In this document: piece after piece, positions 24,583 to 37,029 of the stretch
Position numbering within the stretch: position 1 is the stretch's first letter
Layout of the letters: every line of letters starts with the position of its first letter
Source of the DNA: Kudoa neothunni
Taxonomy: Eukaryota > Animalia > Cnidaria
DNA: 64,000 nt
Assembly (NCBI GenBank): GCA_964304625.1
Contig: OZ199839.1
Coordinates: forward strand, 9,314,528-9,378,527
Reading direction: 5' to 3'
The notes under the pieces: model-generated
What the model was told of the DNA's origin: nothing
Databases searched by the model: none
Seen by the model: the letters and a program-made list of their open reading frames with translations, nothing else
Translations under genes and position numbers: made by a program

Positions 24583-25994
24583 TTAAGGTGAAACTGTTAA
24601 TGGAGTTTCACAAATGGCCTTGCAATCTACTTCATTTTTGAAATTATTCAGGTTCATTTCTTTTCCGTTAAACTCAAACTCCGAGCATTTTTGGGCAGTG
24701 GGACCTGTTTGTTTGGGGTCATAATAATGTCTTTTAATTTTGTATTTGTCGTTGGTACTTGACACTCCTGCTTTTGGTAGTAAACAAGCTTCAACTGCGG
24801 TTAATTGACCAATGTGACCAGCTACATTAATATGATTACACTTTATTCAAAGTCAAGTTTATACTTGCGGGACAAAAGCTTGCACACAACTCAACAGAGC
24901 TAAATATGTTCAATGTACCATCGTCAATTTTTGGGATATTATTTTCTGGTGCTTTTGACATAAAGGGTAAGCATAACGCTTGGGTTTTATTGAAATAGTA
25001 GTATGTAGATACATCGGTCGTAGCTGTGATATCATCGCCGGTGACTTCTACTTGATATGGGCCCTCAGCATTGCAAGCTGGAACTTTTTTTTCTATTTGA
25101 GATAAATATATTATTTATCACTGTGAGTTATATACTTATGCAAGTTTTAACACAGTTTGGTAAATCAGTGAAAAATCCCCTTTTGGCTCCCGCTCCAACA
25201 GCGGCATAAACGCATTTTTTCCCGTCCTTGTGAGGAATAATCCCCATCATCGGCGAGGCTGTTTTTACTTCGGGTACAAATTTGCAATCAAATTCATTTG
25301 GGGTTGCTGTCATGGTGGTAGGGTTGAATGTTGATGAATCCATTCCTCCATTTACGTTATCTGTTAACATCAATATAAATTAAATGTATTATTTGTTTAA
25401 TATTTTATTTTAAACATTCTATTCAGTAATGAGAGAATCACTTTGACAAGCTTGTTTGCATTCCTTTTCTGATTCAAAGTTATTTGCGTTTCCTCCACAT
25501 CCGTTGTATTTGAAACGGTGACATGTGTTTTCTTTACCATCAACAGCAGATTTGCTGAAGTACCATCTCGTCAACAATTTATCATCAGCTAAACTACAAG
25601 CTCCTGCGTCATGTCCTAGGTTACATGCTTCGGCTTGTTCTTCAGGTTTGAATTTAACTATGTCTGTATTAAGTACTTGAATAAATTAAACGCAATATAC
25701 GATGCTCATTGCAAGCAGATCTTGAAACAAAGTTGTTAAAATTTCCAAGGGACCCAAGATAAGTAAAAGGTTTGCAGGTTGCGTCAGCTCTGTCAACATA
25801 CCATCTTTCTACAGCAGCATTCGGTTTTTCTGCTTCATTTAACCAAGCTGGTGCTTGACCTACATCTTTCTCATATGAAGGTAAAGCTCTCTCTATACAA
25901 AATAGATAAATATGAATAAAGAATTAAATCAATCACCGGCTGTAACGATGGCTAGGAAAATATAAAATGAAGAAAATAAAAATATAATTCCCAT
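24583..25994 (-). CDS. Secreted five-domain Kunitz/BPTI-like protein, copy B (intact, no acidic tail)
   Basis: Same six-exon, phase-1 structure as copy A. Signal peptide MGIIFLFSSFYIFLAIVTA; D1 RWYVDRADATCKPFTYLGSLGNFNNFVSRSAC; D2 CNLGHDAGACS..RWYF..CHRFKYNGCGGNANNFESEKECKQAC; D3-D5 have four Cys each. The spliced frame is open to TAA at 24583. Confidence 0.92.
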
Positions 25995-28389
25995 TAATTA
26001 ATGTATAATAACTGCTTGTTGTATTTATTCAGTACGAGATCTTTATGCTAATGCATATTCATTACTTATGGGATTCATAATTAATTAATCTTATTGAATA
26101 ATAACAATAAAGCGGTGGTTATTTAATTCCGAAGATTAAAGTTTTTTTGGTATGGATTATTAAATAACTGTTTTAATTACACTTGTGTTTATAAGTACGT
26201 TATATAAAAATATACACTTTGATGAAGTTAATTTTGTTCTAAGGTTTCTATTAGTAATACATATAAATATGAGTGAAATGTGATTCTGTTGTAATTTTGA
26301 ACAATTTTATAAAATCGTATAATTTACACATTTATCAATATACAAAATTAAATCATCCCAGGAATTCTCTTGTTTTAATTATTGTTATAATCTGATCATG
26401 AAATCATTAATTTATGATTTTAAAATATTGTTGGATTGGCACTATTTAATAAATTATTTTAATTAAATTATAGGCAATAGACCGAAATTTTGATAAACAT
26501 ATAACGTTCCTTTTTAAATTATGATGCAATGTCATTTCATATTTTTTTAATATAGCAGAAAATTTTGGATATCGAGTTTAACATAAATTATAATGTTTTC
26601 GATCTTTATCATCAATTTGTAAAGCAATAACGTAAGTTTATCAAACTTTAACTCCGCTGTTAAATAAAATACTTATATTGGCCACGTCGGCACTAAAATT
26701 TCCTTTTGTTATGTTTACTTTTTCTAAAAGTAAAGAAAATATGGAAGTAATACTTTATTTTATTTCTGAATATTAAAATAATTTTACCTCTCCGTCTGAT
26801 ATACATTAGTTAAGCACCAGCCCGGAGTTTGTACAAATTATTACAGTATTTCAAGATCTAAATGCAACTGGGTAAAACCAAAATTCATCTGGATAAAATC
26901 AAGATTCAACTGCGTACGATCAAAATGCAATCATCCTTAGCGGAGGAAAAACCCATTGAGTTCTGTCGTGAATTTTTTAATTATATGTTATAATTAATGT
27001 TAAATTAAAGATACAACCCTAAAAATGTTTGAGATAAACGCAAAAAATCTAGCATAGAAGCTGATCCATTTCTGCAATATTTATAATATTTTTTAAATCA
27101 AAAGTATGTATTTAATGTTATCCAAATAAACCACTTTATATTCCCGTCGTTTACGTAGACGAATGGGGGGTTTCCATATCATCGAAGAGATCACTTGGTA
27201 GAATGATTTTTGAGATTAGAGCAAATTTTAAAATTTAAAATGTCCGATCTAGCAATGTAACATTAATTTCAGCCATAAACTAAGCAAGAGTCTAGATTGT
27301 TAAAGAGGATCTATAAACCAACATATATTTCTTGTTTTCATCAATAAACAAGGATCATCAAAAATTAATTTTTACGTTAACAACCAATTTTCTTCTTTAA
27401 AATCAATTAATTGCAATGTATTTATTAGTGCACATAATCATCCATAGTATAATTTTATATTAATTTTGATTTACACATGTAGTTAATTGAATTTTTAATT
27501 ATTTTATGGTTATTCCAAAAGTTTGGTGTAACTCAAGAATTTTGAGAATGGGTTAAAGTTTAATAAAAATTTTTAAATAATTATTTCTAAATTAAAATTA
27601 ATTTTTATTCGTATTGTTTAATACAAGATTACAAATTAGATCAACGAATAATGAATAAAGATTTTATTAACTATTTTTATTTAATTTTTAACTTAAAAAG
27701 ATTCTTTTAAAGAAACCTTTTTATGGGAAACTTTTATAGGAATGAATAATTTAATCACCCTAACAGGATTTCAGCTTGAAAAAATTTTAAATTGAATTTT
27801 AAAATATATAACGAACTGGACTAATTAAATTAAGAGAAAATGATTCATTTTATCAAAATATCCTAATGAAACTTGCATATTCTTCAAACCTTGGTATTTA
27901 ATGCTTGTTTCTGCTTACGTTAAACAACCTAACATCAACCTAATAAATTACTAACGTAGAAATCTGACGATTCCTAATAATATGTGTGTAATGGCAACAA
28001 ATCTTGGCGGAAGCTTATAATCTAATCATTTCTAATAAGGAAATACATTGTCACTGGTAATTTTTTAAATCTTTCTGAATATCGACCTTTTTAATTGTAG
28101 ATCTCTAAATTGATAATTATTTTCAAACCTTTTAATATTGTTATAATAAGGACCGAGTAAGCTTAAAAGGAGAGTTAATAATCAGTAATTAGTTCAATGT
28201 CATTGGTAATTAATGAAAAGGCATGCTTTATTAGTTGACGTTGTTTAAATCATTATTTAAACATCTAAAAGAAATTCTATTAAGGGCACAATGTAATGAA
28301 CTGACTTATTATAGTCAATTACATATGAATGCAAAAACCCAACAGCTATTTATTCGGTTATATTAATGATAATGTTTAGAAATTAAATA

Positions 28390-31300
28390 TAATAGTGTAT
28401 GGGTCGTACGTAATATGGCTCCAGCGCAATTTTAAAAGTTTATTTATCTACTACTTTTTTTTTATTTTAATTCAAATTTAAATGGATGGTTCAATAAAAA
28501 ATAGATTATTTATCAATAGATAATTAGTTTTTAACAAAATATTAGATTTGAAAACTTACTGTATGGATCTAAAGCAAAAATGGTTCGAGCGCAGTGCCAA
28601 ATCTGAACTTTGCCAAAAATTAATGGATGGAGCGTCAATTATTGCGAAACAAAAACACTTTACACTACTAAAAAACTCAAAATTTTAAGGTTTTACGAGT
28701 TAATATCAAATAATAAAGGAGCTAAGTTCCAAGCGATGGAAAAATTTTCCAATAAAATAGCACGATAATAAAAAGGTCTATGTGACCAGTTCCATTTTTG
28801 TGTCTTTCCTTGAAAATAGAATTGGAAACTCACTATTTCTAAAGGAAAAATTTTTTATTATTTCGCGACTATTTATTAATTCACCAAAAAATATTGTCTA
28901 ATGTAACACTGCTACTTTTATTCGAACACAACCAGTGTGCTCGAGCCAATGGATCATGGAAATGTTAAAGTTTTAAATGATGCATAAAAGAAATCTAATT
29001 ACGTCATTTATACATTAGATAGAATTTCAAGATTGTGGCTACATTTTAATTAATGTCTTAGATGATATTCATTTGATAATCAAATTATGAGAATATATTA
29101 AAACAGAAACCATAATTAACCCTCCCTGTACAGCGCGAAAAAATTCTTCCCGTTCCGATGGGCTACCTTACGTACACCAGCAAAATATGACCATAAACTA
29201 ACGCGAAATTCCCCTTAATACAACATTATTAGAAGACAAGCACATTAAAGAATTTAATCATGATATTCTTAATTTATTATTAGAGTTTAATTTAATGATA
29301 TAAGGTTTTATAAAAATTATCATGCAATGCTAATATAACGAAATAATAGGAAATGACGTTATAAAATTTAAACATAAGTAATAAATCGACGATTAAAAAT
29401 AAAAAATAAGATGAAAGAAGCTAGTGCTCGCGCTAGCTATTGAGATATTGGCCTGTTGCGATTTTTTAACATACTTGGTAATTATTATTTTAGTTCAATA
29501 AGTTCTAAAATAATGAATGGTAGTTAAATAAAATATGAATCTATTTTATTTTTACAATATACGCAATTGAAACCTTTAAAAATTACATAGTAATGGCTTT
29601 ACATAAACATAAAGAACTTGAATTTATTGGGTAACAATACGGAATAAATTTTATTCAAAAAATCTAAACAGTATGAAGCTTTTTTTTGTTACCTATGATT
29701 CCTACAAAAAAATTTATCGCAGTTATCACAGCGAATCTTCGATTTTTATCTTTATTAAATGGACAGAAATAACATCTATTTCTCGTGGATTGATTTTTAA
29801 AGCTTTATCGTTCAATGAATACATCGTCATTGTTCGCTTGATTTTGAAATAGTTCAAAGTCGTACTTTAAGTTTGTCAAGTAGTTATTGGACATCATTTG
29901 ACGTTTAAAAACGTTGTCCCAGCCAATTCAATTGATAGTTAGTGCAGAAAATGTTGCCGCTTGCTTCTGTCGTTGTTTCGCCATTCGGGTTTTTTTTGTC
30001 AAGATTATATATGCATTCAACACCGCAATGTCAATCATCTCCATAAATATTTTAAGGGGCCATCAACGCGTAGACCTGAAGCAAGAATATGAAAAGTCAT
30101 CTTATCCGCATTATTGACATCCCCTTTGTAGCATTTTAATGTAGGATAATTTGAGATTGTTTCCGCATGCCATTTTCTAAAGAAATATCGTTGTGTTCAA
30201 TCAATAACAAATTCACCAAGTAATTCTTTTTTGGGACGTAGGAAACTAGGGTGAGATCACTACTAAATCCAAATAAGGAGGAAAGAATTTCACGTTTAGG
30301 AGATCTTAAAATTACGTTAGAATTTTCAGGTTTGTCGAAACGATTCGTTCCTGTCAATGTTAGATTATTTCGTAAAAGTTTCTGTGCAGGGGGAACTTAA
30401 GTAATGAAATTATCCACCGTAACTCCTCTACCTGTTCCGAAAAAAGGTTTCACAAGGTTTGTAACAAAACATTCCCTTTAGTTAATTTCTCTGCAACCGT
30501 CTACTTTACCAGTGTACGACTAGATACTCAGCAGATAACTAGCTTCAACATCAGCGGCCGCCCCAAGTTTTAATCTGTAATAGTCTGGTTTGTTCTTCAT
30601 GAAATCCCTGAAGGGACATCTTCCTTTGATGCGAACCAGGTGTTCATCTACAGTCATATGTTACATATGGGCCTGTCGAGTAATGTTTCAAGCAATTATC
30701 ATTGAATAGCTAACAAAATTTCACGCTACGACTCAAATTTATCCATTGATTTCTGGAAACGTTCAGGTCTGGTTGATTTATCATCTGATCCCATTGTTTG
30801 GTAGACGAGAGTGAATCTGTCCCTTGATTTGGCTGTGGAAAAGTAGAATTGTTTAAATAATAGGATGGAATTCCATAAATTTCTCAGAGCAAGCGAGCGG
30901 TCATTTGAACGGCCGGATGCAATCAAAACATACATAAAAGATTTGATTTCTTCAATTTTTATCCTTTGGTTAGTTTTATCTAACGAAAGTCACAGTACTT
31001 ATTTGTATATTTGGCTATAATGTCGAGAATATCATTGGAAATAAAAAGCTTCAACAATTTTGTCAACATTTTTTGCTTCATTAATGAATCCAGAAGGTGC
31101 CGAAACAAAATTATGAATACGAATCTTCGTTTTTGTAGAAGTTTTTGTACACCATTCGAAACCAGATCGAGAAGTTAGCACGGATTTTGAATTTTTACTC
31201 TTCGGGAAATATTTAAGATCATCCAATAATTCTTCTTCATTGCTATAGCTATTACCTTTTTCACAAAAATTTTCGTCGAAAGAGTTTTCTGATTCGGATA

Positions 31301-32197
31301 CAATGAATTCAGAACAATCATCTTGACAGGAAGAATCCTCAATTAATTAAAGGTGTATATAACTAAGAGTAAACGATAACAATATACTTCCATATCATTA
31401 AGAATTATAATATCGATCTGACGGTAAAATTAGATATAAGGTGACATATTTAAAAATTCTCATTTTTACAATAACATTACACCATATTCAATTTACTTTT
31501 CACCCTTCTTAAACTTTAATACATTATACAGACATTAAAGAAATTTCATGACGTCCATATAAACGTGTCAAAAAGTACAAGCAAAAATATCATTTTGGGA
31601 TATCCAATATACTCCCATCGTGCAGGAAGGTTTCACTGCTTTAGGAAATCCATTGTCCTCTCTGAACTCTACTAAATGATGATTCCTATGATATTTATGA
31701 TGATGATGATCAATTTAAAAATAATATAATTTGGTTGATTGAAGGGGAAAAATCAATAGAATTAACAAATCCTATTGAGGAAACTCTTGAAAGCAGCAAC
31801 CCAGTCGACACCTCTGAAATTTTGACATGGTTTATGATGACTCTGATTATATTGATAAAGTTATTATAACAAACCAATAGTAACTAAACTAATTGGAAAA
31901 AGTTAGAAAACTTTTTCTAACTAAAATTTTGTCAATGTTTGACAATATAAACCAAACATGAAAAATCTGACTTAATATTTGAACAAATTTTTCAGAACCA
32001 AAAATATAGAACGGCATTTTAATAAGAACAAATAAGTTAATTTTTGCTTCAAATTAAATTATTATTGATTATATTATCGATTGAATAGTATTATTTCCTC
32101 GTAGCGCACGCGCCATCCAATGTGTCCAGCGCAAAAATGGATGCAACACGGTGGTTTTCATCTTCCCGATTTTTGTGTTGCATCCATACACTCCTGT
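28390..32197 (+). mobile_element. Internally deleted pogo/Tigger element, split by a piggyBac insertion
   Basis: TSVLEPMDHGNVKVL motif. KTETIIN|CFRKS is rejoined across the insertion. Right terminus reads CATCCATACACTCCTG|TA. Both halves are homologous to 43003-44095 in inverted orientation. Confidence 0.8.
29120..31631 (-). mobile_element. piggyBac (PGBD4-like) transposon with decayed transposase
   Basis: Ends TTAA|CCCTCCCTGTAC and GTGCAGGAAGGT|TTCA. Minus-strand motifs TVDEHLVRIKGRCPFRDFMKNKPD, YTGK, GRGVTVDNF, LVSYVPKKN, and a Cys-rich C-terminus near 29700-29790. Confidence 0.88.
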
Positions 32198-32390
32198 AAT
32201 TATCTAATTATTACAGCCGTCTTTGTTGATATCCTCCTGTGTAAGGTTCAAGTAATATATATTAGATACTCAAACAAAAACTGATAAAATCTAATTTACG
32301 TTAAATCTTAAAAGTCGCTGACATATACCAAACGAAGAAAAATTTTTCTTGCATATGTGCGCTTAAGATCACGCCTACACTGAAAGTTGA

Positions 32391-32393
<3 letters not shown>

Positions 32394-32426
<33 letters not shown>
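32394..32426. repeat. (TA)n microsatellite
   Basis: Direct reading. The adjacent 32335-32393 resembles the reverse complement of 59300-59370. Confidence 0.9.
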
Positions 32427-32429
<3 letters not shown>

Positions 32430-32559
32430 TGATAATTTAATAATTATTTTGTACAGTATTCAATTCACAAATAATAGATCCATACAAAATATAATGTTTG
32501 GAGTATTGTTTTGTAACATAAGATATTACTTCGCTTCATCAATTTAATGAAACTATTTT

Positions 32560-34076
32560 TGAAATCATTTTTTCATTCCACACATGCTTGTTGAATGTTA
32601 AAAAAACTGCGTCTCGAGATTAATTGGGGATAACTCTTGTCTTGGGTCGTCCTAAATGTATCCCACGGTTGAGAAAAATCATTTCACCAAATTAGATTTT
32701 GGAAGGATAAAATTGTGGTTTCGTACAATTTTCTATTCTGTGACATCGTTACTTTTCGCTTTCGCAATATATTGTAAACAAAATCATCAGATTTAGTGAT
32801 TTCTATATCATTAACCATCTCCATCGAATTAAGTTTCAGGATTCGAACCTCCTGTTATTTATCCCTTGTCAGTTCGTGTTCCTTACTTTGTTGAATTTTA
32901 GATAGAGCCGCATGCATCGAATGTCGGAGAGTTTACGTATTGGAATTGGCTCATATATATTTGGACATTAAAGGATATTCTTTAATTAATTTATCAAACA
33001 AATATCCACAATCAGCAATACTGATTGATGGATTTTGCAACGCCAAAGTAACCGAGTTTAGCTTTTTGAACATCTCATTTAGAGATTCTTTTTCGGAATT
33101 TTCTCTTGGCGTTGGAAAAAAATCCAGATACATTTTCATTTCGTAAAAAAAGGCTCGGCCAATATTAAATTTAATCGATCATTACGATCTACCATATTCG
33201 CTGTACTTGACTACCTTGTATCATTCCTTTGAATTGGGCTTAATGGCGTAAACTGTCTTAAAGCCCTGAAATTTTCAAACTTTTCATTTTTCCCATCAAT
33301 GAATTTATTCTCCCAATCAACAATTCGCATAACTTTAGTAAGTCCATAATACCTACATTAAAACGGTGGGAGACACAACCAACCTATGGCAAATTACATC
33401 GACTCGCCAACGCTTTATTGACTGGAGTGTTGTCACCACAATTCGCCACGACATTATCAAGAGATTCCTCATATATTTTCAATATATATTCAATTCATCC
33501 ATAATTAATGTGGGCAGTGAATCCCGTTTCTTTCAGCATTGGCGAAAATGATTAAAGGACGGTCTCATAATTTAGAGAATTATTTACGTTGTACGCAGCA
33601 AAAACAGCTACAAAATGGGTCGATTTTTTGATTCAACCATCAATCAAGAATGATACAAAACTTTAAGGTGGTAAAAGGTCAGAATTTTTTTTCCACTGCC
33701 CTTGTTGTAAGTCCGTATACTTTTTGAATGTGTTTACCGAAACTGAGGGAAGCCTAGTATACATCCTAGTAAGATCATCTTCAATAAAGCTAAATTAAAT
33801 GGTTTTAGTCAGCAACAGATCCAATTTAGCCAATCATAGATAGTTTTCCTCTTATTCGTTGTTTAAAAGTATCAGCAAAATTTTCCAGAGTTAAAAGTGT
33901 TCTTATCATTTGTTTATATTCTGAGTGTTGTGACTTTATGGGGTTAAGAAGATTTGCCCAACCTGTATTCTTTTTTTTTGTGTTAACTCTTTGCTACATT
34001 TACACTTCCATCTTGATTTTTCTGAATCTGTTTCAGTAAATGACATTTTCAAAATTCCTTTTGTATCACGTCTCAT
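32560..34076 (-). pseudogene. Decayed hAT transposase with N-terminal BED-like finger
   Basis: WKCKCSKELTQKKNTGWANLLNPIKSQH, LNSVTLALQN, and a dimerization-like tail (FLLPKSNLVK..PINLETQFFL). Many stops. Confidence 0.7.
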
Positions 34077-34307
34077 TTTGCAACAACAACACGAGGAGTA
34101 AGCATCAAAACATTGTTAGTTAATTTATTTTGTTGACCCTACTTATATATTATACTAGCCAGAACTGACCAACGTTGCTTGAGGGTATTAAGCATCGAAA
34201 AATTTCTTAATATCACTCAAAAAAGATTTTAATATTTCAAATTTGTCAACTCTCTATATTATTACATATAATAATCGTTTGGCACGCGCGTGGATATTGT
34301 GTTATTA

Positions 34308-36200
34308 CAGGGCTTCCCTATTCGTTTTGGGTTTGACACCCCTGCGACTGTATCGGTAATTTCCACAACCTTATTTTTAAGACGAATTGAAATTCGGATT
34401 ATATAAGATTAACGTGTATATATTTCCTTTTAACTGCGATACATTTCTATACAATTGCATGCATATAATTTTTTTAAAATATTTAATGCGAAAAAATGCA
34501 ATTGTAAAATAAACAATTAAAAAAATTCAATTATATTTTGGACTTTCTTTTGTTTTGTATGTATAAAAAGGAGGAAACCCGCGATTCACGTAACCACATA
34601 GTGGCAACTAGAACTAAAATCTTCACCGCTTTTTTCGCTAAACTGGGATAACTATTTAGGGCGTGACACCCAGAAGTGCTCAAATAAACTCGACTCAAAC
34701 AGCAGTTTCATTGATTGGCACGATCTTAATTCGATCGAATCTTCTTTTTCGTCATTATTGTCCTCCAATTTTTCGATATTGAAGACGAATGGATTGACAA
34801 TCCAGCTACAAGATTCATTTAAGTTGCGAGTGGAAAAATAGCGTTGAAATGAATCTTTCAATTTTTTCAAATGAGCTTTTTTTTCAATTAGCAAAATTTC
34901 GGAGTTCACATTTTCATTTTTAATATTTTCCTCTAATAATGGAAAATTACAAAAAATTTTATTTCTTATTCTGACAATTCACAAGGTTGGCTATTCGCGA
35001 AATGCTCGGAACTTGTCAGATGCACATATAATATTTAATCTTTTCCTTGGAGTAAATGATTTAATTCGTTCAAGGGATGAAAGATATCCGTGAGATATAC
35101 TAACATTGTTGAGAAATTTTGGAACTTGAAAACATTTGCAAGATCCGACTTTTGATTCAATAAAAATTGCTCGATTTCATATTTTATGTCAAAACACGTC
35201 TTCGAGACAATTATCATCCGTGTGGTAGATAAGAACAAAAGCTTCATCGTTAATTTCAATGAAAAATGCTTTAAAAATTCTGTGATTTAAAGTTCATCCG
35301 CGTATGAAATTTATTATTTTTATACAATAATCCATTGCTGATTTTAGACCAATCGGTAAAGTTTTCGACATCAGAGCTTGGCGAATCAAAATACAATGGA
35401 TGATTATCACGTCCAGGGCATGGTATTTTATATGAGTAAGTAACAAACCCCGATTTATTTCCTAGCATGACAGATATCTCATCGGTACAAACAGATCCAA
35501 TAGTTGAGATTAGAATTTCATTAGAATAAAAAAAACCTTTAACTATTTCGAAAATATCCACTGCAGTTGTTGTTGTATTCAACGCCTTGCAAAATAAAAA
35601 GTCTTCCTCAATACAGGTCGATTTCATATATCTTACGAAAGCGATGGGTTGACTGCAAATATCGACATCCGTTTTTATCGTCCAGCTGGAGTGCAATTTG
35701 CATTGGAGATACCTTAATATCAGAAACTATTTAATCAAGAATATCAGCATTTATCTTATCAATTTTATTGCAGATAACATTGTTGGATATTGGTATTTCT
35801 TTGAGGTTTTTTGCTGCTTCTTCACCCAAAACAATCTTTTCTACCTCCAGAATACATGGTTTTATCAACGTCTCTGCAATAAATATTACGGGAGTTTTTT
35901 GGTTTTGCCACATCATAAGCCAGTTTGAATGAAGCGAAAAGCAAAGATTTATCTAGGGAAATGTTCTCTTAAGTCATAGCGCACTCTTTTCACTTTTAAT
36001 AACTGGATATGGTTTCCTATATATGTTTTCCATCATGTTGGTTCTCAAAATGTTGAAGCAATTTTGATGGCTTCAAGTTGGAATTTGAATTAACGACATT
36101 ACAAAGAATCATTGTGGTTTTCCATATTTAAAAAAAAATAAATTATGGACTCTAAAGTAGCACCATAAAAGTCACTTTTAAATTTTTTATATTGTACCAA
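34308..36200 (-). mobile_element. Decayed Buster/Charlie-type hAT (ZBED5/ZBED8/SCAND3-like transposase)
   Basis: CAGGGCTTCCC terminus at 34308. Motifs IAETLIKPC, IPISNN, AFVRY..IEEDFLFCK..TTTAVDIF, SVCTD, YLTDIF..LNELN..LQGK and WIVNPF, with multiple disruptions. The upstream boundary is approximate. Confidence 0.85.
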
Positions 36201-37029
36201 CAAAGAGGTTTGGAGCACGCGTTGTCTCCATTATTTTTGTTCTTACTTCGAAGTTTTGTTTATTTTTCTTATATTCCTATTTATTTATTTTTAATTTTCT
36301 AATAAATTTTTTTGATTGGTTCAACACTAAAATAAACTATCAGAACTCATAATATGAAATTTTCGTGTATTATGGAGAAAAATGACTTTTCTAGTAGTCG
36401 TATTTAATTAAGTATCGCTTGTAAGCTGTCTTTGTAATTGAATCATCTTAATTATTATTTTCATAATATTTGAACTTCTATTTTCACGACGAAAAATTTT
36501 TAAAGCAAAAGATGACTCCATTTAAGTGCAGTTAAGTGTTTAGGCTAAATACAACCCATTTGGGTTCCGTTGGACCACATGCGTGCCCCAAAGGTTAAGT
36601 GCATCGGGCGATTTTAACCATATTTAAAAAATTATGTGAAATTCGGACAAAAATAAACAATTATCTTATAATTAAACAACAATATTTATAAAAACTGATA
36701 AAATAGATTTTTCGGTATTTCGGTGGGTTTTATTGCTATTCAAACGAATACTAATTCAACCATAAACAAAATATACTATACATATTTCAAAAAAATAAAT
36801 TTATGGGTAAAATTTTATATAATAAGAATCATATAAATAATATATTAATTCGAAATATATAATTTCAGTGTCGTCTACATCTACGTCGAAAACTAGGAGA
36901 CATTACTTGCTCTGTTTAACAATAAAAATGTAAATATTAAGCTTGTCAAAGAATATTAATACTTTTCCTGTCAAATAAAGGAAATATAATGAGAGAAACA
37001 AATAAAAAAATAAAAATAATTTATGGCAA

